Assembly (NCBI RefSeq): GCF_009914755.1
Contig: NC_060937.1
Direction: 5' to 3' (one strand)
Source of the DNA: the human T2T-CHM13v2.0 reference genome, Homo sapiens
DNA: 64,000 nt
The notes under the pieces are model-generated. The model had not been told where the DNA came from and ran no database searches. It saw only the letters and a program-made list of their open reading frames with translations. This document shows positions 28,211-43,844 of the stretch, piece by piece. Within the stretch, counting starts at the first letter, position 1; each line of letters starts with the position of its first letter. The position numbers and the translations under genes are program-made.

Positions 28211-28977
28211 CCAGAGCAAGATGCTGTTTCTCTGGAAAAAAAAAAAATTCTTCAAGACAATACGAAAGCAAAGAAAGAGAAACGCACAGATTTTTTTATT
28301 CTTTTGAGTCAGAGAGAAGGGCAATTGTGTAAACTTAGGTTGGGATGGTTTTAATTTTCTCAGTAGGAGGTGAGGTTATGTGCTAAGAGGGAGGAAGGAG
28401 GGCTGGTATTAGGGACTTGAACACAACGGAAACATTTGGAACAGCTGCAGGGAGGAATGCAATGGTTAGTCAACAAGTGATAAATAAAAGAATTGCTGAG
28501 ATACAATGAGGGTCCAGCTGAGGTCAGTTGAATCAGTCACTATTGTTTGGTAATTTGATTCAGTTTGTGAATATGGGGAGAGGAATTGGGCAACAGGAGT
28601 TATTGAAATGTGAGGATTGGTAAGGTGGAAATCACAGAGGAACAGAAAGGAGGGAGAATTCGTGGGTTGTAAGTGCATTAGTGACCTGATTAATTTTGTG
28701 AGTCTTGGCAGAGGGAAGAGGAAGGGTGTGGTTCAGAGTTGAGAAGAGCACATTAGTAAACTACTGGAGATCACGATAGAATTGATAGATCACAAAGAAA
28801 GGAAGACATGGAAAAGCAAGACGTTGCTTCCTCAACCAGAGCAAGACGTTGCTTCCCTAAAAAAAAAAAAAAAAAAAATTCTTCAAGACAATGCAAAAGC
28901 AAAGAGGGAGAAATGCACAGATTTTTTTTTCTTTTGAGTCAGAGAGGAGGAAAATTTTGTAAACTTAGATTGGGATG
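28210..28977 (+). repeat. Local direct duplication, ~138-bp copies at 28210-28347 and 28835-28977
   Basis: accagagcaaga...An...ttcttcaagacaat...cttttgagtcagagag...gtaaacttag.ttgggatg present twice; about 15 differences by eye. Confidence 0.95.
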
Positions 28978-28999
28978 CTATATAGAATTCTCATAAGAT

Positions 29000-29180
29000 A
29001 TCATGAGTTTGGTACTTTTATTTCCATTTTATACATGAGGAAACGAAAAGTTAGGTAAATTAAATGCCTAGCAGAGAATTTTAATCCTCTTCGTTGTGAA
29101 AGAGAAAAGATTCAGGGACACACAGTTGGGTAGCAGGGACTATGCTCGTATTCAATGAGCCTACTGACTTTGATGAAGAC
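29000..29180 (-). mobile_element. MIR SINE
   Basis: ttccattttatacatgaggaaac MIR core. Confidence 0.65.
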
Positions 29181-29427
29181 CAAGGTACCCTTTTGTAACA
29201 TGTGTTTAAGTGGTTTATGTGGTTAAATTACTTTATTTAAGATCCATTAGTAAAAAAAGATACATATTTTCTTATATGTAATTCTTATGAAATCCAAGTG
29301 TACTACTTCACACATTTCAGGTCATGCAAGCTTTCTCGGGAAGGTACACACCTGTTAATTGTTACTAACACCCTCAGACATATTTTATTGGTTAGGCTAT
29401 AGTGCTGTTGATTTTTAGTTCTTGCAG

Positions 29428-29493
29428 CTGGATGAAGCTGCACATTTTGAATGCCTGAAATTTGATCTAAATGGTGTTGACATTACAGTGACT
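29428..29493 (+). other. Candidate 66-nt exon (unverified), reads LDEAAHFECLKFDLNGVDITVT in phase 0
   Basis: Acceptor tttttagttcttgcag, donor ACT|gtgagt, length divisible by 3, one open frame, non-repeat context; protein not recognised. Confidence 0.3.
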
Positions 29494-29849
29494 GTGAGTG
29501 ATGGAAAAGGAAACAAAAAATCTTGGATTTTTTTCCTCTACAGAGACCTCTTCTCCTCAAATTAATAACAACAACAGACTTAGAAAATATCTCTTGAATT
29601 TTAGACTGCAGCCAGCAGTACAGCTGCATAGTTATGAGAGGCTCATGGGGACTCCTGCCTTTCAGGCTAAATCCTTCTACTCATAAAAGTACCCCTGTTG
29701 TTTTGTTATAGTGTCCTCTATGCTTGTTATTTTATTTATTTTATAAAAGTTAAGTGTTGTGTAGAATATCTCCAATGCCTAACATGCATAACTTTAGGAA
29801 TCTACATTTATTTTGTTGTGATTTAAAAGAAACAGAAATGGGAAAATAT

Positions 29850-30410
29850 AATTGAATCCAATAAGTATCTATTGACAAATACGTTAATAAGTGAAGCACT
29901 AGGTTTCTAGAAAGATTCCATAGCGATTGCAGCATAGTCTCTGTTCTCAGAAATGGTGTGGTTTAGGGATACAGATAGGCATTTAGAGCAACGATTATAA
30001 TGCGAATCATGAGGCTGCTTTTTGTGAAAAGCTTTTGAGAAAGGTTTTAGTAATATAAAGAAAGGAGAGATGGTTTGTGATTGTCATTGAACTTATTATT
30101 AAGGATACGTAAGATAGATTTTGATAGGTAGGTATAAGAACAAAAAGCAATCCAGGTAGACAGCATCTCAGTATCATAGGCAGCAAGCAAGAAAGTGAAG
30201 AGAATTTTCATGAAGTAATTGAGACTGCTCTGAGTAGTAGCCCATGTTATATTCAAAGAAACATGAATTGAGGGGGAAAAAGTTGCAGGAAACCAAAGAA
30301 TGGTCAATTGAGGCCATGTTAGGCATCTCTGCAATACATAGTTAAGGAGCAGGAACAGCATTCTGCAGTCAGTGATGGACAGTGAAAGATTTATGAGGAA
30401 CTGAGTCATG
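29850..30410 (-). mobile_element. L2 LINE fragment
   Basis: atccaataagtatctattga...catagtctctgttctcagaa resembles the reverse L2 3' end. Confidence 0.55.
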
Positions 30411-30429
30411 TAATAAGGTATATTTCTTT

Positions 30430-30935
30430 ATTTTTAAAGCTTTTTATTGAAGCATGATTGATATATAAAATGCTGTCGATATTTCATATATATATACAAC
30501 TTGATATGTTTGAAAATAAGTAAGCACCTGTGAAACACTGCCACAATAAATGTAATAAATGTACCCATTACCTCCAAAAGCTTCCTTCGGTCTGCCCCTC
30601 ACTTTCAGTTGAGTTTTTTTTTCTTTTTTGGTAAGAGCACTTAAGATGAGATTTATCCCCTTAGTAAATGTTAAGTATACAATACTTAAGCCAGAGGTTA
30701 ATCATAGGTCCTACATTGTACAGTATATCTTCCGAACTTACTTATCTTGCTTATCTGAAATGTTATAACCTTTGATCAACACCTTCTCATTTCCACCTAC
30801 CTCAGTGCCTGGCAACCACCATTCTACTCTCTGCTTCTATGAGTCTGGCTATTTTAAAATTCCACATATGACTGAGATAATGCAGAATTTGTCTTTCTAT
30901 TCCTGGCATAATGTCCACGAGGTCCATCTCTGTTA
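30430..30935 (-). mobile_element. L1MB/L1MA-like 3' end fragment
   Basis: aaagctttttattgaagcatgattga...cctggcaaccaccattctactctctgcttctatgag...ttccacatatgactgagataatgcag. Confidence 0.85.
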
Positions 30936-31079
30936 AATAATTGATCCTATTTAACGAAAAAGATTCTGAATGAAGGAAAAAGAAGCGAGATGGTCTAGTC
31001 ATCTTGTCACTTCTCTTTCTGGCAATAAAGCAAACCTGGTACCTGACTGACTTTCCCACTAACAGCAACGCAAAAGCTG

Positions 31080-31084
<5 letters not shown>

Positions 31085-31120
<36 letters not shown>
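31085..31120. repeat. (TG)18 microsatellite
   Basis: Read directly. Confidence 0.97.
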
Positions 31121-31121
<1 letters not shown>

Positions 31122-32794
31122 ACGTGCATGTGTATCAGAGATACGAAATCTGTTTATCTTTCATCACTGATGGGACAAGACAGAACTAATCCCACAGAGA
31201 ATAAAAATGAAATGAAGAATATCTAGAAGCTATAAAACCATCCAAGTTTGCTTTTGCATTCATAGTTACTGAAAAAAAAAGCCTAAATAACTCGAATTTC
31301 TGCTCTGACAGATGTTTGGGATGAGAGTAGGGAGATAAAGTCTATGAAGGCTGAGGAGACCAAATAAGAGACTCCTCATATAAAGCTGGAAAATGATTTT
31401 TATTGGCATTATGAAGATGAAAGGGAATAAAACTAAGCAGAAAGTTACAGCAAAACCAAACAAATAATGTAACAGCTAAAACCTCTGTTAAACTTGGCAT
31501 TTGGAGGAAAGAAAAACAGTCAACCTCACTTCATGTTGTGTTAATACAGGTATCTCTATGGTAAGAAAAACTTAGTCACTCAAGAGATTTTAGGTTGGTG
31601 GTTTCTTCTTGCAACAAGTGGTCCTAACTTTAAGAAAATATTTCTAACATCTAAAAAATTTTTAAAAATAATTTTACTCCCAAATCAGGCATAACTTTGA
31701 TAAAATGACCAGGGCAGTTTAAGAAAAAAAGATCTTTCTTATAAACAAAGTCTTAAGCCAAATAATATCAAAGAAAAGTAGCACAGTCTAAAAAAATAAT
31801 GATTCAGAATGAGCCAGTTGCGTTTACCCCATAAATGAAAGCATGAATTAATGCAGGAGATACTTTGTTATTACAAAGGTTGGGTATTCACTGATTTATG
31901 TATGTGTGCATTCCTTCATATCAGTGTCTATATCCATACAAATATTATATAGACATTGAGTACCTCTTACCTTTAAGATACTGTGTGAAATATTTTATCA
32001 TATATAAAAATGGATGATTGGACTCTATACTAAAAGATGTTATATAATCTAGTAGCAGGAAAAAAATTGATTAGTGTAACTCATCATGCATGTTAAGGGT
32101 ATTTATTGTTTCATGATAATTAATTTCTCCATATTCCATATATAATATATAGATATATAGATATAGATATATGTGCAATTTTTATCTAAACATAGGCATT
32201 CCAAGAAGTACATTTTTTAAAAAATGTGGGCATGTGCTTTCCAAGAATAGTACACTACATTCCCCAGACTTGTTTGCAAATACATACTGCCATGGGACTA
32301 AATTCTGGCCAAAAGGCTGTGAAACAGAATGATGTATGTAACTGTTAGTTCTCTTAAATGGTAAGAAGCTTACCTGATTTCATTCTGTTTTCAATTTATG
32401 CTTATAGAAATGTTGAAATTATGTATAATGCCCTTAGAAACAATATAAATATGAAGCCACAACAACGCAGAAGGAGTCTGGAGCACATTCTGTATAAGAC
32501 TTGCACTCTTTATACTGGCCTATTAAATAAAAGTAAACTTTGATCTTGAACCCATTCTTACTTGAGATTCTTTTATCGTTGTTGAATCTATATCCTAATA
32601 TGCCATATTAAAGGAAAATCCATACAATAATTTCAGTAGATAAAGAAAAATTATTTAGAATGTTTCACTAAAAAATTATCAAATTGGGAATGGAAGAAAA
32701 TTTTATATCCCAGTAAAAGGCATAAAAGCGTCTGCAACATCCATGATCATATTATAATTAAGATGAAATGATGTTAGCATCCTCATTAAGAATT

Positions 32795-33225
32795 TGATGG
32801 ATTAAAGATCATCATAAATTGTTAGTCATCCTTCCTATTAAGAGCTGGTTCTTTCTTGCCTTGAATCTCGTTAGGCTCTGTGAAGAATATGCCAGAAGTG
32901 ATGCCGCACCAGCTTCTGAGCCTAGGCCTTAAGAAATTAGCAGTTTCTACTTCCTATTTCTTGCAGTGTTTTCTTTCGGAGCCCTGGTCATCAGATACAA
33001 AGTTTAAGGATACTGAAGACAGCTTACTGGGAAAACCATGTGTAGATACTCACATTGAGTCTCAGATAAGCCCAGCTGTTCATTCATTGCTGGCAAAACT
33101 CCAGGCCTGTGAAGGAAGCCATTATGGACATTCCAGACTAGCCCATCTAATAGCTGAATATTAATGAGTGGCCACAAATGAAAATACATAGGGCCAAGAA
33201 TCACATAGTCAAGTCCTCAATATAC
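32795..33225 (+). mobile_element. MLT1G/H-like MaLR LTR, 5' portion
   Basis: gatggattaaagat...cttgaatct...cagaagtgatgccgcaccagcttctgagcctaggccttaagaaattagcagtttctacttcct. Confidence 0.7.
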
Positions 33226-33241
33226 TCTTAAGAAGAATAGA

Positions 33242-36080
<2,839 letters not shown>

Positions 36081-36496
36081 TCCCTCCTTTTAATTGACAA
36101 GTAATAATTGTACATATTTATAGTGTACAAGATTTTGTCTTGATTCATGTATACATTGTGGAATGGCCAAATCAAGCTATTTAACATATATATTACTTCA
36201 CGTGACATTTGTGTGTGTGTGTGTGTGGTGAGAACACTTAAAACCTATTCTCTTAGCAGTTTTCAAGTATACAATATGTTATTAATTTAGTCCCCATGAT
36301 GTACAATAGGTCTGTTGAACTGAAATTATTTTGTCCTTTGAACAGTATCTCCCCAATCTCTCCTGTCTCTAACATTTGGTAACTACCATTTACACTCCAT
36401 ATGTAAGAGACATCATACATTATTTATCTTTACGTGCTTGAGTTATTTCACTTAACCCAGTATCCTCCAAAGGGCACAAAGGGCAGGATTGCTTTT

Positions 36497-36509
36497 CATT
36501 TCTTTCTTC

Positions 36510-36569
<60 letters not shown>

Positions 36570-36909
36570 TTTCTTTCCTTTCTTTCCTTTCTTTCTTTTT
36601 TTTCTTTTTTGAGACAGAGTCTTGCTCTGTTGCCCAGGCTGGAGTGCAGTAGGGTCATCATAGCTTACTGCAACCTCTAACTCCTGGGCTTAAGCAATCC
36701 CCCCACCTCAGTCTCCTAAGTAGCTGTGACCACAAGTGCACAGCACCACACCCAGCTAATTTTTGTTTTATTCTTCTTTTTATTTTTTTTGTAAAGACAG
36801 AGTTTCACTAATTTGTCCAAGCTGGTCTCAAACTCCTGGACTCAAGCAATCCACCTACCTTGGCCTACCAAAGTACTGGAATTACAGATGTGCACCACCA
36901 CATCTGGCT
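36497..36909 (-). mobile_element. AluJ with (TTTC)n-expanded tail (~36500-36610)
   Basis: gagacagagtcttgctctgttgcccaggctgg, ctcctgggcttaagcaatcc (J-type); long TTTC array. Confidence 0.93.
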
Positions 36910-38484
36910 AGGATTTCCTTCTTTTTGAAAGCTAAATATTATTTCATTGTGTATGTATATCACATATTAAAATCCATTCATCCATTCATGAATACCCAGG
37001 TTGATTCTATTTTTTGGCTATTATGAATAGTACTGCAGTCAACATGAGAGTGTAGCTGTATCTTTGACATACTGATTTCATATCCTTTAGACATTTATTC
37101 AGTAGTGGGATTGCTCTATCATATGGTAGCTCCATTTTTAATTGTTTTGAGGAATCTCTATACTGTTCTCCATAATGGCTTTACAAACTTACATTTCCAC
37201 GGTATGCAGATTATTTTTTTCACATTTTCACCAACACTTACTGTCTTTCATCTTTTTGATAATGGCCATTCAAATAGGTGTGAAGTAATATGACCCTGTG
37301 GTTTGGATTTGTATTACCCTGCTGATTAGTTATGTTACCTGTTAGCCATTTGTATGTACTCCTTTGAGAAATGTCTATTCAGGTACTTTGTCCATTTTTA
37401 AAAATTGGGAACTTATTTTCTTACTACTAAAGTGTTTGAGTTCTTTATATATTCTGAATATTAACACCTTATCAGATGTATGATTTGCAAATATATTCTT
37501 CCATTCTGTAGGTTGTCTGTTCATCCTGTTGATTGTTTCCTCTGCAGTGATGAAGTGTTTTAGTTTGACGTAATCTAATTTATCTATTTTTGCTTTTGTT
37601 ACCTGCGTTTTAGGGGTGATATACAAAAGAAATCATTGTCTAAACCATGTCATGAAGCTTTCCTCTATGTTTCCCTCTGGTAGTTTTGCAATTTCAGGTT
37701 TTACGTTTAAGTTTTTAATCCATTTTTATTTGATCTTTGTGTATGGTGTGAGATGAAGATCTAATTTCATTTGTCTTCATTTAATGGTTGAACTCCATTT
37801 ATTGAAGAGATTATACTTTCCCCATTATTTGTTCTTGGTATCTTTGTCAAAAAATCAATTGACTGTAAATGTGTGAGTTTATTTCTGGACTTTCAATTTT
37901 GTTCCATTAGTTTATGTGTCTGTATTTATGGCAGTATCATACTCTTTTGATTACTATAACTTTGTAGGAGACTTTAAAGTCAAGTAGCGTGAAGCCTTCT
38001 GCTTTGCTTTATTGCTCAAAATTGATCTGGCTATAAGAGTCTTTTGTAGTTTCGTACAAATTTTAAGATTGTTTTACCTATTTCTGTGAAAAATGTCATT
38101 GAAATTTTGATAGGAATTGCAATGAACCTGTAGATCGTCTTGGTAGTATGGACATTTTAATGATATTAATTCTTCTAATCCATAAACAATAGGTATGTTT
38201 CCATTTATTTTATTTATTTGTGTCTTTTTCAATTTTTCTATTCAATATTTTCTAGTTTTTTTAATGAAGCTCTTTTACCTCCTTGGCTAAATTTATTCAT
38301 AAGTATTTTTGTAGCTATTGTAAATGGGATTGTTTTCTTGAACTCTTTTTCAGAGTTTGTTGTTAGTGTATAGAAATGCTACTGATTTTTGTACATTGAT
38401 ATTTTATACTGCAACTTTACTGATTTGACTAATTAATTTATTACTCTAACCATTTTTGATGGAATCTTTAGGGTGTTATATATA

Positions 38485-39769
38485 CAGTCACATATCCACA
38501 TAACAATATTTCTGTCAACAATGGACTGCATATATGATGATTGTCCCATAAGATTATATTGGAGCTGAAAAATTCCCATTGCCTAGTAAAACGGTAGTGT
38601 TTGTAACATTGTAGCCCAATGCATTACTCAAATATTTATGATAATGCTGGTATAAACAAATCTACTGCATTGCCACTTGTGGAAAAGTATAATTATGTGT
38701 AGTACAGAACATTTGACAATGCTAATAAATGAATGTTACTGGTTTACGTATTTACTATACCATACTTTTATTGTTATTTTAGTGTGTGCTTGTTCTACCT
38801 ATTTTTTCAAAAGTTAACTGTAATACAGCCTCAGGCTATTACTTCAGGTGGTATTCCAGAAGGCATTGTTATCATATAAGCTATCATCTCCTGCTGGAAG
38901 CTCCGTGTTATTGCCCCTGAAGACCTTCCAGAAAGACAACATGTGGAGGTGGAACACACTGATATTGATCCTGACTCTGTGAGGTCTGGCCTAATGTGTG
39001 TGTTTATGTCTTAGTTTTTAAAACTTTTAAAAGTTTTTTATTGTTCATTTGTTTGTTTTTTACTTTGTAAACCTTTAAAAAGTAAAAAATGGTTTAAAAA
39101 GTAAAAAAAAACTTTTAAAATAGAAAAAGCTTATAGAATGAGAATATAAGGAAATAAACAATTTTTGTTAAACCAGTACAATGTGTTAAAATTACACATT
39201 TTATACAATTTACACATTTTAAACAATGTGTAATTACAAGAGTAAAAAAATCAAAAGTTAAAGTAAAAACATTACAGTAATCTAAGGCTAATTTATTATT
39301 TAAGAAATACATTTACAAAATAAATTTAGTGTAGCCTAAGTGTACACTGTTTAGAAAGTCCACAATACTGTTCAGTAATGTCCTAGGCCTTCACATCCAC
39401 TTTTCACTCATTCAGAGTAATTTCAAACTCAGAGTAACTTCCAATCCCACAAGTTGCATCCATTGTAAGTGCCTTATATAGGTGTTTAAGTTTTTACCTT
39501 CTCTACAATAATTTTTCTGTACTTTGTTTAGTTATGTTTAGATACAAAAATATTTACCATTGTGTTATTATTGCCCACATTATTTAGTACAGTCACATGT
39601 TATACCATTTTGTAGACTCAGAGCAATAGGCAATACCATATATTCTGGGTGTGTAGTAAGCTATACCATCTAGATTTGTGTAGGTACCCTCTATGATGTT
39701 TGCACATGACAAAATCACCTGATAATGCATTTCCCAGAATGTATCCTTGCATTAAGGTACTGATTATGG
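38485..39769 (+). mobile_element. Tigger3b-like (TcMar-Tigger) non-autonomous DNA transposon
   Basis: Start cagtcacatatccacataac...gtcccataagattata...ggagctgaaaaattcc; end gcatttcccagaatgtatcc...; TA on both sides; host L1 resumes after it. Confidence 0.85.
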
Positions 39770-40769
39770 TATAAAGGCATGCTGTCCGTAGAGACAATTA
39801 ACTTTTTCCTTTATAATTTGGGCCTTTTTTTTTTCTTGCCTAATTGCTCTGGTATGACTTCTAGTACTATGTTGAATAGAAGTGAGGAGAGATTGCATCT
39901 TTTTCTTGTTCCTAATATTACAAGAAAAGTTTTCAGCCTTTCATCATTGAGTATAATGTTAGCTATGGGCTTGTTGTTTTAGCCCTTATTGTGTTGAGTT
40001 ACATTTTACTCTAGCTCTTTTGTTGAGAGGTTTTTTCCCCTAAAAGAATATTAAATTTTTTCAAATATTTTCTCTGCATCTGTTGAAATGATCATATGTT
40101 TTTTGTCCTTCATTCTGTTGATGTGGTGTATCCCATCTATAGATTTATGCATGTTGAGACCTTCTTGTCTCTGTGGAATACATCTCAGGTGATCATAGTG
40201 AATGATTTTATTTTATTAACAGGCTGTTGAATTTGGTTTGTTAGTATTTTATTCAGGATTTTTGCATCTATGTTCCTTAGGGATATTGGCCTGTAATTTT
40301 TTTTTTCTAGTAGTTTCTTTTCTGGCTTTGGTATCAGAGTAATGCTGGCTTTGTAAAATGAGTTTGCAAGTATTATCTCCTCTCTAATTTAATGAAAGAA
40401 TGTAAGCATGATTAGTTCTTCTTTAAATGTTTGTTAGAATTCAGCTGTGAAGGCATCCAGTTCTGCCCTTGTCTTTGATAGGAAACGTTTTATTACTAAT
40501 TCCATCTCCTTACTCAGTATTAATCAGTTTGAATTTTTTATTTCTTCATGATTTAGTCTTGATAGGTCTAGAAATGTATCAGTTTCTTCCAGGTCATCCA
40601 ATTTGTTATATAGTTGTTCACAGTAGTTTCATGACTTTTGTATATGTGTAGTTTTTATTGTAATGGTTCCTCTTTCATTTCTAATATTTTAAACTAGATT
40701 TTTCTTTTTTTTTAGTTTAGCTAAAGGTCTGTCAATCAGGAAAATAATTCTATCTTTTTGATTTAGGCA

Positions 40770-41645
40770 TAACCTTCCCCTTTATCAACATCCCCCACTA
40801 CAATTGTACATTTATTGCAATTGATGAACCTGTATTGACACATCATAGTGATCCCAAATTTGTAGTTTACGTTAGGGTTCTTCACTCTTGATGTTGTACA
40901 TTTTATGAGTCTGGACAAACGTATAATGACATGTACCCACAATTATAGCATCATACACAGTAGTTTCACTACCCTAAAAATACTTGTGCTCTGTGTATTC
41001 ATTCCTCATTCTTCACTAGCTTCTGAAAACACTGATCTTTTTACTGTCTCCGTAGTTTTGTGTTTTCCAGAATGTCATATAGTTGGAATCATATAATATA
41101 TAGCCATTTAATATTGGCTTATTTTACTTAGTAATAGGCATTTAAGTTTCATCCATGTCCTCTGGCTCATGTCTGTAATCCCAGCACTTTGGGAGGACAA
41201 GGAGGACAGATCGCTTGAGCCCAGGAGTTTGAGATCAGCCTGGATGACATGGCGAGATCACCGTCTCTACCAATAAAAAAAAAAAAAGTTTCATCTATGT
41301 CTCTGATAGCTTATTTGTTTAGTACTGAATAGCATTCCACTGTCTTGATGTACCACAGTTTATTCATTTACCTACTGAAGAACATCTTGTTTGCTTCCAA
41401 GTTTTGGCAATTATGAATAAAGCTGCTATAAACATCCATGTTCTGATTTTTGTGTGAACATATGTTTTCAGCTTTTTTTCGGTAAATACCAAGGAGCATG
41501 ACTGCTGGATCCTATGGTACTAGTGTGTTCAGTTTTGTACGTAACTGCCAAATGATCTTCCTAAGTGGCTGTACCATTTTGCATTCCCACCAGCAGTGAA
41601 TGAGAATGCTTATTGTTTCATATTCTCTCTAGCATTTGGTGTTTT
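40770..41645 (-). mobile_element. L1MC/L1MD-like 3' fragment
   Basis: caattgatgaacctgtattgacacatcat...ttccagaatgtcatatagttggaatcat...gcattcccaccagcagtgaatgag. Confidence 0.82.
41160..41285 (+). mobile_element. FLAM / Alu left monomer with own tail and TSD
   Basis: ggctcatgtctgtaatcccagcactttgggagg...gcttgagcccaggagtttgag...A tail; TSD aagtttcatc(c/t)atgtc at 41144-41159 and 41286-41301. Confidence 0.9.
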
Positions 41646-41649
41646 TAAC

Positions 41650-43345
41650 TTTCTTTAGTTTTAATGGGATATTTTAAATGATTTCATTTTTGTTCATCTC
41701 TTAGTGTCAGTCATTCTTCTTTTTAAATTTTTAAGTGGTTGCTCTAGTTTTAATTTACGTGCACAACTAATCTAACTCCACTCAGTGTAGTGCAGGTACT
41801 TTATAACAGTCTTTCCAATTTCTCCCTTCTCTCACTGAAAACACTTCCATCATTTATTTCATGTGTTAAAATCACCTAATACATTGTTACTATTTTTCTT
41901 TAAACAACGGTTTATTTATTCTATTAAGAAAAATAAACATGAAATATTTTAACTTTTTTTTTCATCTCTGATGTTCTTTCTTTCTATATATGGGTATACA
42001 TTTCTGACCTGTATGTTTTTTCTTCCCCTGAATAACCTTTGTTTGATATTTCTTGTACAGGAGGTCTCCTGGTAGACAATTACCTTAGTTGTTCTTTTGA
42101 AAAGTCTTTATTTCTCTGTCACTTTTGTGGAATAGTTTTCCTGGATGCAAAATTGTAGGTTCATTTTTTTTTTCTTTCAATACCTTATATTACCTCACTC
42201 TCTTTTTGCTTGCATGGTTTCTTGTGAGAAACTGATGTCTATTTCTTATCCTTGCTCCTCTAACTAAAGTGCCCCTCATACCTCTGGCTCCTTTTAGGAT
42301 TTTCAGTACTTTGAATATGATATACCCAAGTGTAGATCATTTGGGCATTTATTCTTCCTGGTGTTTGCAGAGTCCTGGATCTGTGTGGTATCGGTAATTA
42401 AATTTAGAAAAATTTCAGCCATTATTACCTCAAATGTTTCTTGTTCTTATTTCCCTCTTTCTTTTCCTCTTATACTCCCATACACATGTATTACAACTTT
42501 TATAATCGTCATGCTATATACTATTTTGTTTTTATTTCATTGTATTTTTTCTATTTGCATTTCAGTTTGGGAGGTTTTTATTGATATGTCTTTCAGCAAA
42601 CGGATTCTTTATTCATCTATCTCCAGCCAATGCAGAGACCATCAAAAATATTCTTTATATTTCTCACATAATTTTTTATTTCTACCATCTCCTTTTCTTT
42701 CTCATTGTTTCTATCATTCTACTTAGACTGTCTATTCTTGCATACCGTCTAATATTTTATGAGAGATCTTAATGTATTAATTATAGTTACTTTAAATTTT
42801 TTATCTGATAGTTCACAAATGGTATCTTTCCTGATTCTGGTTTTGATGCTTACTTTGTCTCTATAGACTGTGTTATTATTTGCATTTTAGTATGACTTGT
42901 AAATTTTTGTTGAAAGTCAGGCATGGGAACTGAGAAAATTAGGCATTTTGTAACGTTTCATGTTAACCTGGCTAAAAGCTGAGCTGTGTTTCATGTGTAG
43001 TGTAGCCATAGGTGCCAGAGACTTTAGCTTCATTGTTGTTGCTGCTTTTTCTTCCCTGTTGTCTTTGAATTTCTTTAAGAATTCTTTCTTAAATAGAGTC
43101 TGTGTCTTACAATTCTCTCAATTGTTATCCACTGTTATTACACTGGTGCTCAATTATTGTCTCCAATGTCTTGATTCTGATAAGGTAATCTCAGCTCTAT
43201 GTGTATTCACCTCTCCCTAAATGTGGAGTCAGTGAATTTCCTCCTAGGCCTATAAAAAGTCATTGATTTTGAGTTTGTTCATGTTTGCACTTATTGTGGG
43301 GATAGGAGTTATAAATTTCAAGCTGATTGAATGCAGAGCTGAAAC
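41650..43345 (-). mobile_element. Old LINE-1 (L1M) ORF1/5' region
   Basis: T-rich antisense; aaagtctttatttctc...gttttcctggatgcaaaattgtaggtt...tttcagccattatt, typical of reversed L1M ORF1. Confidence 0.7.
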
Positions 43346-43436
43346 TGTAAGCCTCCCCAATGAACATATTTTAGGTCAGCATAACTTGGATACCAAAACA
43401 GACTAGCATAATAAAGGAAGGAAATTTATAAGCCAG

Positions 43437-43530
43437 TCTGACCTACAAAATTGTGAAATATAACAAACTAATTATTGTTTTAAGCTATGAAGTTTTAAGA
43501 TAGTTTGTTATGCAGCAAGAAACAACCAAA
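43437..43530 (+). mobile_element. MLT1-like LTR 3' end
   Basis: ctgacctacaaaattgtga...ttgttttaagctatgaagttttaagatagtttgttatgcagcaa. Confidence 0.7.
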
Positions 43531-43534
43531 GTAT

Positions 43535-43844
43535 TGCTGGGCATGGTGGCTTATGCCTGTAATCCCAGCACTTTGGGAGGCTAAGGCGGGTGGATCACTT
43601 GAGTTCAAGAGTTTGAGGCCAGCCTGGTCAACATGGTGAAAGTCTGTCTCTACTAAAAAAAGAAAAATTAGTTGAGCATAGTGGCATGTTCCTGTAATCC
43701 AAGCTACTCGGAAGGCTGAGGCAGGAGAATCGATTGAACCCAGGAGGCGGAGGTTACAGTGAGCCGAGATCGTGTCTTTGCACTACAGCCTGGGTGACAA
43801 GAGCAAAACCCCATCTCAAAAAAAAAAAAAGAAAGAAAGAAAGA
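43535..43844 (+). mobile_element. AluS, full length, (GAAA)n tail
   Basis: Dimeric Alu; TSD aagaaacaaccaaa at 43517-43530 and 43845-43858. Confidence 0.95.

Larger units (their letters stand above)
36085..40740 (-). mobile_element. LINE-1 L1MA-like, 5'-truncated, interrupted by AluJ and Tigger3b
   Basis: 3' end ttttaattgacaagtaataattgtacatattta; ORF2p peptide [15 protein letters not shown]...[17 protein letters not shown] (37375-37626). Confidence 0.88.
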
